Both the position numbers and the translations under genes were made by a program. The notes under the pieces were generated by a model that saw nothing but the letters and a program-made list of their open reading frames with translations, did not search any database and had not been told where the DNA came from. A stretch of DNA of 64,000 nt from the human T2T-CHM13v2.0 reference genome, Homo sapiens: assembly GCA_009914755.4 (NCBI GenBank), contig CP086569.2, forward strand, positions 10,848,001 through 10,912,000. The letters run 5' to 3'. Of the stretch, positions 43,021 to 56,660 are shown in pieces (the stretch's first letter is position 1; every line of letters starts with the position of its first letter).

Positions 43021-46000
43021 CCGTTCTATTCCATTCCATTCCATTCCATTCCATTCCATTCCATTCCATTCCACTCCACTCCAAACCATTCTATTCCATT
43101 CCATTCCATTCCATTCCATTCCATTCCACTCCACTCCAAACCATTCTATTCCATTCCATTCCATTCCATTCCACTGCATTTGCAGTCCACTGCTCTCCAT
43201 TCGACTCCACTCCACTCCACTCCACATCATTCCATTCCTATGCATCCCATTCTATTCGGCTGCAACCCCCTCAACTCCACTCCACTCTACTACACTCCAG
43301 TCCACTCCACTCTACTCCACTCCACTCCATTACACTCCATTCCATTCCATTCAACTCCATTCCATTCAATTCTTTTCCTTCAACAGAATCTCACTCTGTC
43401 ACCCAGGTTGGAGCTCAGTGGAACAATCTCATCTCACATTTCATTTCACCATTACATTACATTCCATTGCATTCCACTCAACTCCACTCAACTCCACTCC
43501 ATTCCATCCCATTGAGTTCCACTCCATTCCACTCTACTCAACTCCACTCCACTCCATTTTATTCCATTAAATCAAATTCCTTTCCAATCCATTAAACTCC
43601 ACTCCACTCCACTCCACTCCACTCCACTCCATTCCATTCCATTCCATTCCATTCCATTCCATTCCATTCCATTCCATTCCATCCTATTCTATTGAACTCC
43701 ATTCCACTCCACTCCATTCAATTCCATTCCACTTCATTCCATTTGATTTCTTTCTTTCGAAATTATCCCACTCTGAAACCCAGACTGGAGTGCAGTGGCA
43801 CAATCTCAGCACACATTTCATTTCACAATTCCATTAAATTCCATTAAATTCCATTCCATTCCACTACACTCCACTCTAGTCCACTCCTCTCCACTCCATT
43901 CCACTCCATTCCACATCACTCCAATCCAGTCCATTCCACTCCATTCCACTCCATCCCATTCCATTCCACTCCATTCCTCTCCACTCCATTCCACTCCACT
44001 TCACTCCACTCCACTTCATTCCATTCCACTCCATCCCTTTCCATTCCACTCCATTAAACTCCACTCCACAACACTCCTTCTCCCGCCATTCCATTCCATT
44101 GCACTCCATTCCTTTCCATTCCATTCGATTCCATTCCATTACATTCTATTCAGTTCAATTCCTCTCCATTACATTGCGCTCCACTCCACTCCACTACACT
44201 CCATTCCATTCCATTCCTTTCCACTGCATTCCACTCCTTTCCTTTCCAATACTTTCTTTTGACAGGATCTCACTCTGTCTCGCAGGCTGGTGTGCAGGGG
44301 CACATTCACAGCTCACATTAGATTTCACCATTGCATTCCATTCCATTTCACTCCACTCCATTCCATTCCACTACACACCTCTCCACTCCACTCCACTCTA
44401 TGCTACTCCACTCCATTCCAATCCACTCTATTCCATTTCATTCCACTCCACTCCACTCTATTCCATGCCATTCCTTCCCATTCCATTCCATTCCATTCCA
44501 TTCCATTCCATTCCATTCCATTCCATTCCACTCCATTCCATTCCATTCCATTCCGTTCCATTCCGTTTTGTTCCATTCCATTCCATTCCATTCTATTCCA
44601 TTCCATTCCATTCCATTCCATTCCATTCCATTCCATTCCTTTCCGTTGCATTCTGTTCCATTCCATTCCACTCCAATCCATTCCATTCCACTCCAATCCA
44701 TTCCATTCCACTCCAATCCATTCCATTCCTTTCTTTCGACATGGTCTCAATCAGTCACACAAGCTGGAGTGCAGTGGCACAATATCAGCTCAGATTTCGT
44801 TTCACCATTCCATTCCATTCCATTCCATTCCACTCCACTCCACTCCACTCCACCCCAATCCATTCCTCTCCACCCCACTCCACTCCACTCCACTACATTC
44901 CATTCCATACCAGTCCATTCCATTCCATTCCTTTCTTTCGACAGGTTATCACTCTGTCACGAAGGTTGGAGTATAGTGGCAGAATCTCTTTTCACATTTC
45001 ATTTCAGCATTCCGTTCCATTTCATTTGATTCCACTCTGCTCTATCCCATTCCTTTCTTTTGACAGTATCTCACTCTGTCAACCAGGCTGGACTGCAGTC
45101 GCATAATGTCAAGTCACATTACATTTCACCATTGCATTGCATTCCATTCCAATCCATTCCATTCCATTCCATTCCATGCCATTCCATTCCATGCCATTCC
45201 ATTCCATGCCATTCCATTCCATTCCATGCCATGCCATTCCATTCCATTCCATTCCATTCCATTCCATTCCATTCCATTCCATTCCATTCCACTCCATTCC
45301 ATTCTATTCTATTCCTTTATTTTGAAAGGATCTGACTCTGTCACACAGGCTGGAGGGCAGTGGAAGAATCTCAGCTCACATTTCATTTCACTATTCCATT
45401 CCATTCCATTCCACTCCACTCCACTCCACCCCACTCCACTCCATTCCTCTCCACTCCACTCAACTCCACTCCACTCCACTCCACCCCACTCCACTCCATT
45501 CCTCTCCACTCCACTCAACTCCACTCCACTCCACTCAACTGTACTCCATTCTGTCCCAATCAATTCCATTACACTAACTTCCATTCCATTCCTTTCTTTT
45601 CACATGATCTCACTCTGTCACACAGGGTGGAGTGCAGTGGCACAATCTCAGCTCACATTTCATTTCAACATTCCATTCCATTCCTTTCCATTCCATTCCA
45701 TACTTTTCCATTCCATTCCACTCCACTCCACTTCACTCCACCCAATTCCATTTCATTCCATTCCATTCAAATGCATTCCATTCCATTCCTTTCTTTCGAC
45801 AGTATCTCACTCTCTCACACAGGACTTAGTGTAGTGTCATAATTTCAGCTCACATTTCATTTCACCGTTCTATTCCTTTCCGTTCCATGCCATTCAATTC
45901 CATTCCATTCCACTGCAATCCACTCCTCTCCACTCCTTTCTATCCCATTCAATTCCAGTCCATTCCAATCCACACCACTTCACTCCAATCAATTCCATTC

Positions 46001-47498
46001 CATCCCATTCCATTCCACTCCATTCCACTCCACTCCACTCCATTCAATTCCATTTCATTCCATTCCACTACATTCCATTCCATTCTGTCTTTCGACAGGA
46101 TCTCACTTTGTCACATAGGTTGGAGTGCAGTGTCAAAATTTCATCTCATATTTCATTTCACCATTCCATTCCATTCCATTCCATTCCATTCCATTCCATT
46201 CCATTCCATTCCATTCCATGCCATGCCATGCCATTCCACCACACTCCGCTCTACTCCACTCCACTCCATGACATTCCATTCCACTCCATTCCATTCCTTT
46301 CTGTCTACAAGATCTAACTCTCTCACAATGGTTGGAGTTCAGTGGCAGAATCTCAGCTCACATTTCATTTCACCAATCCATTTCATTCCACTCCACTCAA
46401 TTCCACTCCACTCCAGTCAATTCCATCCCATTTCATTCCACTCCATTCCACTCCACTTCACTGCACTCCACTCCACTCCATTGTATCCTATTCCATTCCA
46501 TTCCACTCCAGTCCAATCCACTCCACTCTACTTCTTTTGATTCCATCCCATTCCATTCCAATCAATCCATTCCACTCCACTCCACTCAATTCCATTCCAT
46601 CCCATTCTATTCCACTACATTCCACTCCACACCACTACACGCCATTCCACTTCTTTCTATTCCATCCCATTCCATTCAACTCCAATCCACTCCACTCCAG
46701 TCCAATCCTGCCTACTCCATTCCATTCCACTTCATCCCATTCCATTCACGCAAATTCATTTCACTCCATTCCACTACACTCCATTCAATTCCATTCTATT
46801 CTATTCCATTCCACTCCACTCCTTTCCATTCTATTCCTTTTTTCGACAGGATCTCACTCTGTCACCCAGGCTGCAGTGCAGTCACACATTCTGAGCTCAC
46901 ATTTCATTTCACAATTCCATGGCATTACAGTCCATTTTATTGCATTCCATTCCATTCCATTCTATTCCATTCCATTCCATTCCACACAATTCCTCTCCAC
47001 TCCACTCTGCTGCATTCCATTCCATTCCATTCCATTCCATTCCATTCCATTCCATTCCATTCCATTCCATTCCACTCTATTCCACTCCATCCTAATCCAC
47101 CCAATTCCTTTCCACTCCATTCCACTCCACTCCAATGCAGTCCATTCCATTACATTCCATGCCATCCAATTCCACTCCATTCCACTCCACTCCACTCCCC
47201 TCAATTCTTTTCCATTCAATTCCACTCCATTCCATTCCTTTCTGTCAACAAGATCTCACTATGTCACACTGGCTGGAGTGCAGTGGCACAATCTCAGCTC
47301 ACATTTCATTTCTCCATTTCACTCCACTCCACTCCACTCAATCCAATTATATTCCACTCCATTCCACTCCACTTCTCTGCACTCCACTCCATTTCATTCC
47401 ACTCCATATCATTCCATTCCCCTCAACTGCACTCCACTCCTGTCCTCTTCTCTCCACTCCATTCCATTCCACTCCATTCCATTCCATTCCTTTTCTTC

Positions 47499-47566
47499 GA
47501 CAGGATCTCGCTCTGTCACTCAGGCTGGAGTGCAGTGGCACAATCTCAGCTCACATTTCATTTCAC
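47499..47566 (-). repeat. Another copy of the Alu-derived segment within the HSat3-class array.
   Basis: gacaggatctcgctctgtcactcaggctggagtgcagtggcacaatctcagctcacatttcatttcacc. Confidence 0.8.
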
Positions 47567-50500
47567 CATTCCATTTTATTCCATTGCATTCCATACCATT
47601 CCCTTTAATTCCAGTCAATTCCAATCCACTCCATGCCATTCCATTCCATTACTTTCCAGTTAATTCCACTCCATTCAACTCCACTCCACTCCACTATATT
47701 ACATTATATCCCGTCCAATTCCACTCCACTTCACTCCTCTCCACATTATTCCATTCCATTCCATTCCACTCCATTGCACTCCATTCCTTCCTTTTGACAA
47801 CATCTCACTATGTCACGCAGGCTGGGGTGCAGTGGCACAATCTCAGCTCACATTTCACTTCACTATTCCATTCCATTCCATTCCATTCCATTCCATTCCA
47901 TTCCATTCCATTCCATTCCACTCCACTGCACTGCACATCACTCTACTCCACTCCATTCCATTCCATTCCATTCCATTCCATTCCATTCCATTCCATTCCA
48001 TTCCACTCTTTCCCACTCCATTCCACTCCAGTTCACACCAATCCACTCTTCTGCACTCCATTCCATTCTATTCCATCCCATTCCTTTCCACTGAATTCCA
48101 CTCCACTCCACTCCACTCCATTCAATTCCATTTCATTCCATTCCACTCCATTCCATTCCATTCTGTCTTCAACAGGATCTCACTTTGTCACTTAGGCTGG
48201 AGTGCAGTGTCACAATTTCAGCTCACAATTCATTTCACTTTTCCATTCCATTCCATTCCTTTCAATTACATTCCACACCATTCCACCACCCTCCACTCTA
48301 CTCCATTCCATTCCATTGCATTCCATTCCATTTCGTTCCATTCCATTTCATTCCATTCCATTCCTTTTGTCTACAAGATCTAACTCTGTCACACCGGTTG
48401 GAGTGCAGTGGCAGAATCTCAGCTCACATTTCATTACACCAATCCATTTCATTCTACTCTACTCAATTCCACTCCACTCCAGTCAATTCCATCCCATTGC
48501 ATTCCACTCCATTCCACTATATTTCACTGCACTCCACTCCACTCCATTCCACGCCATACCATTCCATTCCCGTCCACTCCACTCCACTCCACTCAACTAC
48601 GCTCCACTCCATTGCATTCCATTCCATTCCACTCTATTGCATTCCATTCCTTTTCTTCGACAGGATCTCACTCTGTCCCTCAGGCTGAAGTACAGTGGCA
48701 CAATCTCAGCTCAAGATTCATTTCACCATTCCATTGCATTCCGTTGCATTCCATTCCATTCCATTTAATTCCGATCTACTACACTCCACTCCACTGCATG
48801 CCATTCCATTCCATTCCATTCCATTCCATTCCATTCCATTCCATTCCATTCCAGTACATTCCACTCCATTCCACTCCACTCCACTCTGCTATATTCCAGT
48901 CCATCCAGTTCCATTCAACTCCATTCCACTCCTCCACTCTAATCTACTCCACTGTACTCCTCTCCCCTCCATTCCATTCCAATGCATTCCATTCCATTCC
49001 ATTCCATTCCATTCCATTCCATTCCATTCCATTCCATTCCTTTCTTTCAACATCTCACTCTATCACACAGGCTGGAGTGCACTGGCAAAATCTCAGCTAA
49101 CTTTTCATTTCACCATTCCATTCCATTCCATTCCATTCCACTCCATAGCAATCCACTGTACTCCACTCCACTCCGTTCGCTTCCATTCCATTCCACTCCA
49201 TTCTACTCCACTCCCTTCCACTTCATTCCAATCCATCCCGTTCCATTCCACTCCATAAAACACCACTCCGCTCCACTTCATTCCATTCCATTCCACCCGA
49301 TTCCATGCCACTCCATTCCACTCCACTCCACTCCACTCCAATACATTCCAATCCATTTCATTCTATTCTACTCCATTCCATTCCATTCCTTTCTTTCGAC
49401 AGGATCTCACTCTGTCACACAGGCTCAACTGCACTTTTCCAATCTCAGCTCACATTTCACTTCACCATTCCATTCCATTCCATTCTATTCCATTCCTCTC
49501 CACTGCATTCCAGTCAAATCTATTTCATTCTATTACATTCCATTCCATTCGACTCCATTCCACTCCACTCCACTCCACACTACTCCAATCCACTCTATTC
49601 CATTCCATCCCTTTCAATTCCACTCCACTCCATTCCACTCCACTCCACTCCATTCCTCTCCTTCCCATTTCATTCCACTCCACTCTACTCCACTCCTCTC
49701 CACTCTATCCTATTCCATCCAGTTCCATTCCACTCCATTCCACTCCACTCCTTTTCATTTCATTCCATCCCATCTCATTCCACTCCATTCAACTCCACTC
49801 CACTAAACTGCACTCCACTCCACTCCATTCAATCCCATTCCATTCCACTCTATTCCATTCCATTCCTTTCTGTCAACAAGATCTCAGTCTCTCATACTGG
49901 CTGGAGTGCAGTGGCACCATCTCAGCTCACATTTCATTTCTCTATTCTATTCCATTCCACTCCACTCCACTCCACTCCACTCCACTCCACTCCACTCCAT
50001 TCAAGTGCATTCCACTCCATTCCACTACACTTCACTGCACTCCACTGCACTCCATTCCATTCCACTCCATACAATTCCATTACACTCCACTCCACTCCAC
50101 TCCACTCCTGTCAACTACTCTCCACTCCATTCCATTCCACTCCATTCCATTCCCTTCCTTTTCCTAGACTGGATCTGACTCTTTCACTCAGGCTGGAGTA
50201 CAGTGCACACTCTCAGCTCACATTTCATTTCACCATTCCATTGCATTCCATTCCCTTCCATTCCATTTAGTTCAAATCCATTCCACTCCACTCCACTCCA
50301 TGCCATTCCATTCTATTACATTCCAGTCCATTCCACTCCATTCTGCTCCACTCCACTACGCTATATACCATTACATCCTGTCTCATTCCACTCCATTCCA
50401 CTCTTCACTCTACTCCACTCCACTCCACTCCTCTCTACTCTATTCCATTCCATTCCATTCCATTCCACTCCATTCCACTCCATTCCATTCCATTCCTTCC

Positions 50501-53399
50501 ATTCGACAACATCTCACTCTGTCATGCAGGCTGGAGTGCAGTAGCGCCATCTCAGCTAACATTTCGTTTCAACATTCCATTCCATTCCATTCAATTCCAT
50601 TCAATTCCACTCAACTCTACTACATTACCCTCCCCTCCACTCTATTCCATTCCATTCCATTCCATCCCATTTCATTCCACTCTATTCCACGCCACTCTAC
50701 TCCACTCCACTCGATTCCACACTAGACTCCACTCCACTCCATTCCTTTCCATTCCATAACATTCCATTCCACTCCACTTTATTCCACTCCACTCCATTAA
50801 ATTCCATTCCTTCTTTCAACAGGATCTCACTCTGCCATACAGGCTGGAGCGCAGTGGCATAATCTCAGCTCACATTTCATTTTACCATTCCGCTGCATTC
50901 CATGCCATTCCACTCCATTCCACTCCACTTTTCTCTACTCCATTCCATTCCATTCCATTCCATTCCATTCCATTCCACTCCATTCCACTCCACTCCACTC
51001 AAGTCCACTTCACTCCATTCCATTCAATTCCAATGTACTCCACGCCACTCGTCTCCTCTCCATTCCATCCGATTCCATTCCATCCCTTCCATGCCACTCC
51101 ACTCCATTCCGTTCCTTACCATTACATCACATTCCACTCCACTCCACTCGACTCCACTCCACTCCATTACATTCCATTCCATTACGGTCCATTATATTAC
51201 ATTCCTTTCTTTTGACAGGATCTCACTCTGTCATCCAGGCTGGAATGCAGTGGCACAATCTCAGCTTACATTTATTTTAACGGTTCCATTCCTTTCCATT
51301 CCATTCCATTCCATCCCATTCCACTCCACTCCACTCAATTCCACTCCACTCCACTCCAGTCCACTAAACTCCACTCCATTCATTTCCATCCTATTACATT
51401 CCACTGCATTTCACACCACTTCACTCTCCTCCACTCCACTCCAATCCACTCTACTCCATTCCATCCCATTCCATTCCATTCCATTAAACTCCATTCCATT
51501 TAATTCCCTACTTTCTACAGAATCTCACTCTGTGAAACAGGCTTGAATGCAATAGCAAAATCGCATCTCACATATCATTTCACTGTACCATTCCTCATCA
51601 TTCCACTCCACTGTACTCCTCACCAATCCACGCCATTCCGCTCCATTCCATTCCACTCCATTCCATTCCGTTCCTTTCTTTCGACAGGATCTCACTCTGT
51701 TACCCAGGCTGGAGTGCAGTGTCACAATCTCAACTCACATTTCATTACACCATCCCAATCCATTCTATTCTGTTCCATTCCATTCCATTCCATTCCATTC
51801 CATTCCATTCTATTCTATTCCACTACTCTCCACTCCATTCCACTGCATTACATTCCACTCCATTCTATTCCATTTCACTCCACTCCACTCCAATCCAATC
51901 CACTCCATTTCACACCATCCCATTCCACTCCACTCTACTCCAATCCAATCCATTCCATTCTACTCCCTTACATTCCATTCCTTTCTCTCGACAGGATCTC
52001 ACTCCCTCACCCAGGCTGGATTGTAGTTGCACAATCTCACCTCACATTTTATTTCACCACTCTATTCCATTCCATTACATTGCATTCCATTTCATTGCAT
52101 TCCATTAATTGTATTCCATTCCATTCCATTTCATTCAATTCCATTCCACTACACTCCATTCAACTCCAATACACTCCACTCCACTCCATTCCATTCCATT
52201 CCATTCCTTTCCAATCCAGTCCACTCCACTGCACTCCACTCGACTCCACTCCTCTCCACTACTCTCCACTCCATTCCAATCCCCTCCATCCCATTGTTTT
52301 CCACTTCATTCCCCTCCACTGCACTGTAATCCACTCCTGTCCACTCCACTTCATTCCACTCCATTCCTTTCCACTCCTTTGAATTCCATTCCTTTATTTC
52401 TACAGGATCTCACTCTCTCACCCAGTTTACAGTGCAGTGGAACAATCTCAGCTCCCGTTTCGTTTCACCTTTCCGTTGTATTCCATTCCATTCCATACCA
52501 TTTCATTCTATTCCATTTCATTCCACTCCACTCCATTCCAATAAACTCCATTCCACTACGTTACACTCCATTCACTTCCATTCCAATCCATTCCACTCTA
52601 TTTCATTCTATTCCTTTCTTTTGACAGGATCTCACTTTGCCACATAGGCTGAAGTGCAGTGGCAAAGTCTCACCTCTCATTTCATTTCACCATTCCATTC
52701 CATTCTATTCTATCCACTCCATTCCACTCCACTCCACTCAATTCCATTCCATTCCACTCCACTCCACTTCACTCCAGTCCACTCCATTCAATTACATTCC
52801 ATTTCATTCCACTTCTATCCATTCCATTCCCTTCTTTCAACAGGATCTCACTCTCTCACCCAGCCTGGAGTGCAGTGGCACAATCTCTGCTCACATTTCA
52901 TTTCCCCATTCCATTGCATTCCATTCTATTGCATTCCATTGCATTCCATTACACTCTGCTGCATTCCATTCCATTCCACTCCATTCCACTCCACTCTACT
53001 CCACTATTCTATACTCCATCCCATTCCATCCCATTCAATTGCAATCCACTCCACTCCAGTATACTCTACTGCATTCCCTCCTATCCCATTCTACGCCATT
53101 CGATTCAAATCCACACCACTCCACTCCACTCAACTCCACTCCATTCCATTCCATTCCATTCCATTCCATTCCATTCCATTCCATTCCATTCCATTGCATT
53201 CCATTCCATTCCATTGCATTCCATTCCACTCCACTCCACTCCACTCCACTCCACTCCATTCCATTCCATTCCATTCCATTCCATTCCATTCCATTCCATT
53301 CCATTCCATTCCATTCCATTCCATTCAATTCCATTCCATTTCTTTCTGTCTAGAAAATCTCACTCTCATACTGGCTGTAGTGCAGTGTCGCACTTTCAG

Positions 53400-55490
53400 C
53401 TCACATTTCATTTCAACATTTCTTTCCACTCCTTTCACCTCCACTCCACTCCATTCCATCCCATTGCATTCCACTCCATTCCACTCCACTTCACTGTACT
53501 CCACTCCACTCCATTCCATTCCACTCCCTACCATTCCATTCCCCTCCAATGCACTCCACTCCAGTCAACTCCTCTCCACTCCACTACAATCCATTCCACT
53601 CTATTACATTCCATTCCTTTTTTTCAAAAGTATCTCACTCTGTCCCTCAGGCTGGAGTGCAGTGACACAATTTCAGCTCACATTTCATTTCACCATTCCA
53701 TTGCATTTCCTTTCATTGCCTTCCATTTAATTGCAATCCACTCCACGCCATTCCATTCCATTCCACTCCATTCCATTTCACTCTATTCCACTCCATTCCA
53801 CTAAACTCCACTCCACTTCATTCCATTATATGCCGTCCCATTTCACTCCATTCCACTCTACTCCACTAAACTCCACTGTACTCCTCTCCAATCCATTCCT
53901 TTCCATTCCCTTCCATTCCGTTTTATTACATTCCATCTGTTTCTTTCAACAGCATCTCACACTCAACCAGGCTGGAGTGCAATGACACAATCTCAGCTCA
54001 CATTTCATTTTACCATTCCATTCCATTCCTTTCCATTCCATTCCATTCTACTCTACTGCACTCCACTCCACTCCACTCCAGTCCATTCCATTCCATTTCA
54101 CACCATTCCACTCCACTGCATTCCACTCCATTTAATTCCATTACATTACATTCCACTCCATTCCATTCCTTTCTTTCGACAGGATCTCACTCTGTCACAA
54201 AGGCTGCACTGCAGTGGCCAATATCAGCTCACATTTCGTTTCACCATTCCATTCCATTCCATTCCATTCCATTCCATTCCACTCCACTCCACTCCAATCT
54301 ACTCCATTCCATTCCATCCAATTCCATGCCACTCCACTCCATTCCACTCCCCTCCACTCCACTCCATTCCACTCCATCCCATTCCATTCCAATCCATTCC
54401 ACTCCAGTCAACTCCACTTCACTCCACTCCATTCCATCCCATTCCATTCCATTCCATTCCATTCCATTCCATCCCATTCCATTCCATCCCATCCCATGCC
54501 ATTCCATCCCATTCCATTCCATTCCATTCCATTCCATTCCACTCACTTCCATTCCATTCCACACCTTCCATTTGATTCCTTTCTTTTGAAAGCATCTCTT
54601 CCTCTCACCCAGGCTGGAGTGTAGTGGCACAATCTGAGCTCACATTACATTTCACCATGCTATTCCATTGCATTCCATTGCACTCCATTCCATGGTATTC
54701 CGTTCCATTGCATTCCGTTGCATTCCATTACATTCTATACCATTCCATTGTATTCCATTGCATTTCTTTGCATTCCATTTCCTTCCATTCCTTTCCACTC
54801 CTTTCCATTCCATTCCATTCCATTCAACTCCACTGCATTACACACCTCTCCACTCCACTCCAATCCATTCCATTCCACTTCCTTACATTCCATTCCTTTC
54901 TTTCGACAGAATCTCACTCCCTCACCCATGCTGGAGTGCAGCGGCACAATCTCACCTCACATTTCATTTCACAGTTCTTTTCCATTACATTTCGTTGCAT
55001 TCCATTAATTATATTCCATTCCATTCCATTTCATTCAATTCCACACCACTACATTCCATTCAACTGCAATAAGTTCCACTCCATTCCATTCCATTCCATT
55101 CCATTCCATTCCATTCCATTCCTTTCTATTCCTTTCCACTCTAGTCCACTCTGCTGCACTCCACATCACTCCGCTGCTCTCCAATACTCTCCACTCCATT
55201 CCAATCCTCTCCATCCCATTGTATTCCACTTCATTCCCCTCCACTCCTCTCTACTCCACTTCTGTCCACTTGACTTCACTCCACTCCATTCCATTCCACT
55301 CCATTGAATTCCATTCCTTTCTTTCACCAGGATCTCATTCTCTCACCCTGTTTGCAGTGCAGTGGAACAATCTCAGCTCGCATTTCATTTCACCTTTCCA
55401 TTCTATTCCATTCCATTCCATTCCATTCCATTCCATTCCATTCCATTCCATTCCATTCCACTCTTTCCCATTCCTTTCCTTTCTTTTGAC
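53400..55490. repeat. About 2-kb block of pentamer satellite that is duplicated about 6.2 kb downstream, at 59650-61740.
   Basis: Paired ORF-track peptides at an offset of about 6.2 kb: 53731 and 59982 (MQSTPRHSIPFHS...), 53982 and 60243 (MTQS(Q/P)LTFHFTIPFHS...DLTLSQRLHCS.QYQLTFRFTIP), 54214 and 60445, 54624 and 60866, 54668 and 60877 (MHSIALHSMVFRSIAFRCI), 55304 and 61488 (MNSIPFFHQDLILSPCLQCSGTIS). The block ends ...SIPLYYIPFLFFKSISLCPSGW...QFQLTFHFTIPLHFLSLPSI at 53700 and at 59980. Confidence 0.75.
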
Positions 55491-56660
55491 AGGATCTCAC
55501 TCCATCAAACAGGCTGGAGTGTAGTGGTACAATCTCACCTCAATTTTCACTCCACCATTCCATTCCATTCCATTCCTTTCCATTCCATTCTACTCAACTT
55601 CAACCAACTCCACTGCATTGAACTCCATTCCACTCCACTTCACTCCACTCCTCTCCACTCCTCTACATTACATCTCATTCTATCCCACTCCATTCCACTC
55701 CACTCCACTCCAATCTACTCAATTCCATTACATCACATTCCATTCCATTCCATTCAATTCCACTCCACTCCAATCCACTCAACTGCAATCCTCTATATTC
55801 CATTCCATAACCTTCCATTACATTCCCTTCTGTTCCATTACATCACATTCCATTCCATTCCATTCTATTCCATTCCACTCCATTCCATTCCATTCCACTC
55901 CTTTCCATTCCTTTCCTTTCTTTTGACAGGATCTCACTCCGTCAAACAGGCTGGAGTGTAGTGGCACAATATCACCTGAAATTTCACTCCACCATTCCAT
56001 TCCTTTCCATTCCATTCCATTCCATTCCATTCCATTCCATTCCATTCCACTCCTTTCCATTGCTTTCCTTTCTTTTGACAGGATCTCACTCCATCTAACA
56101 GGCTGGAGTGTAGTGGTACAATCTCACCTCAAATTTCACTCCACCATTCCATTCCATTCCATTCCTTTCCATTCCATTCCATTCCATTCCATACCATTGC
56201 ATTCCATTCCACTGCATTCCTTTCCATTCTACTCAACTTCAATCAACTCCACTGCATTGCACTCCATTCCACTCCACTTCACTCCACTCCTCTCCACTCC
56301 TCTACATTACATCTCATTCTATCCCACTCCATTCCACTCCACTCCACTCCAATCTACTCAATTCCATTACATCACATTCCATTCCATTCCATTCAATTCC
56401 ACTCCACTCCAATCCACTCAACTGTAATCCTCTATATTCCATTCCATTCCCTTCCATTCCATTCCCTTCTGTTCCATTACATCTCATTCCATTCCATTCC
56501 ATTCTATTCCATTCCACCACATTCCATTCCATTCCACTTCTTTCCATTCCTTTCCTTTCTTTTGACAGGATCTCACTCCGTCAAAAAGGCTGGAGTGTAG
56601 TGGCACAATGTCACCTCAAATTTCACTCCACCTTTCCATTCCATTCCATTCCATTCCATT
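55485..56660. repeat. Local tandem duplication of about 590 bp, two copies (55485-56074 and 56075-56660), inside the pentamer satellite.
   Basis: Both copies start gacaggatctcactccatc(a/t)aacaggctggagtgtagtggtacaatctcacctcaa(t/a)tttcactccaccattcc. The internal stretch ...ctactcaacttcaa(c/t)caactccactgcattg(a/c)actccattccactccacttcactccactcctctccactcctctacattacatctcattctatcccactcc... is near-identical between them. ORFs 55618..55926 and 56113..56427 give the same peptide. Confidence 0.8.

Noticed and set aside
53140-53335. A roughly 190-bp nearly pure (CATTC)n run, considered as a distinct microsatellite feature or an HSF1-binding array.
   Set aside because: It is just one of many purer stretches of the same pentamer satellite (others include 41020-41075, 44470-44720 and 45130-45300). 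Nothing distinguishes it from the surrounding array beyond purity.
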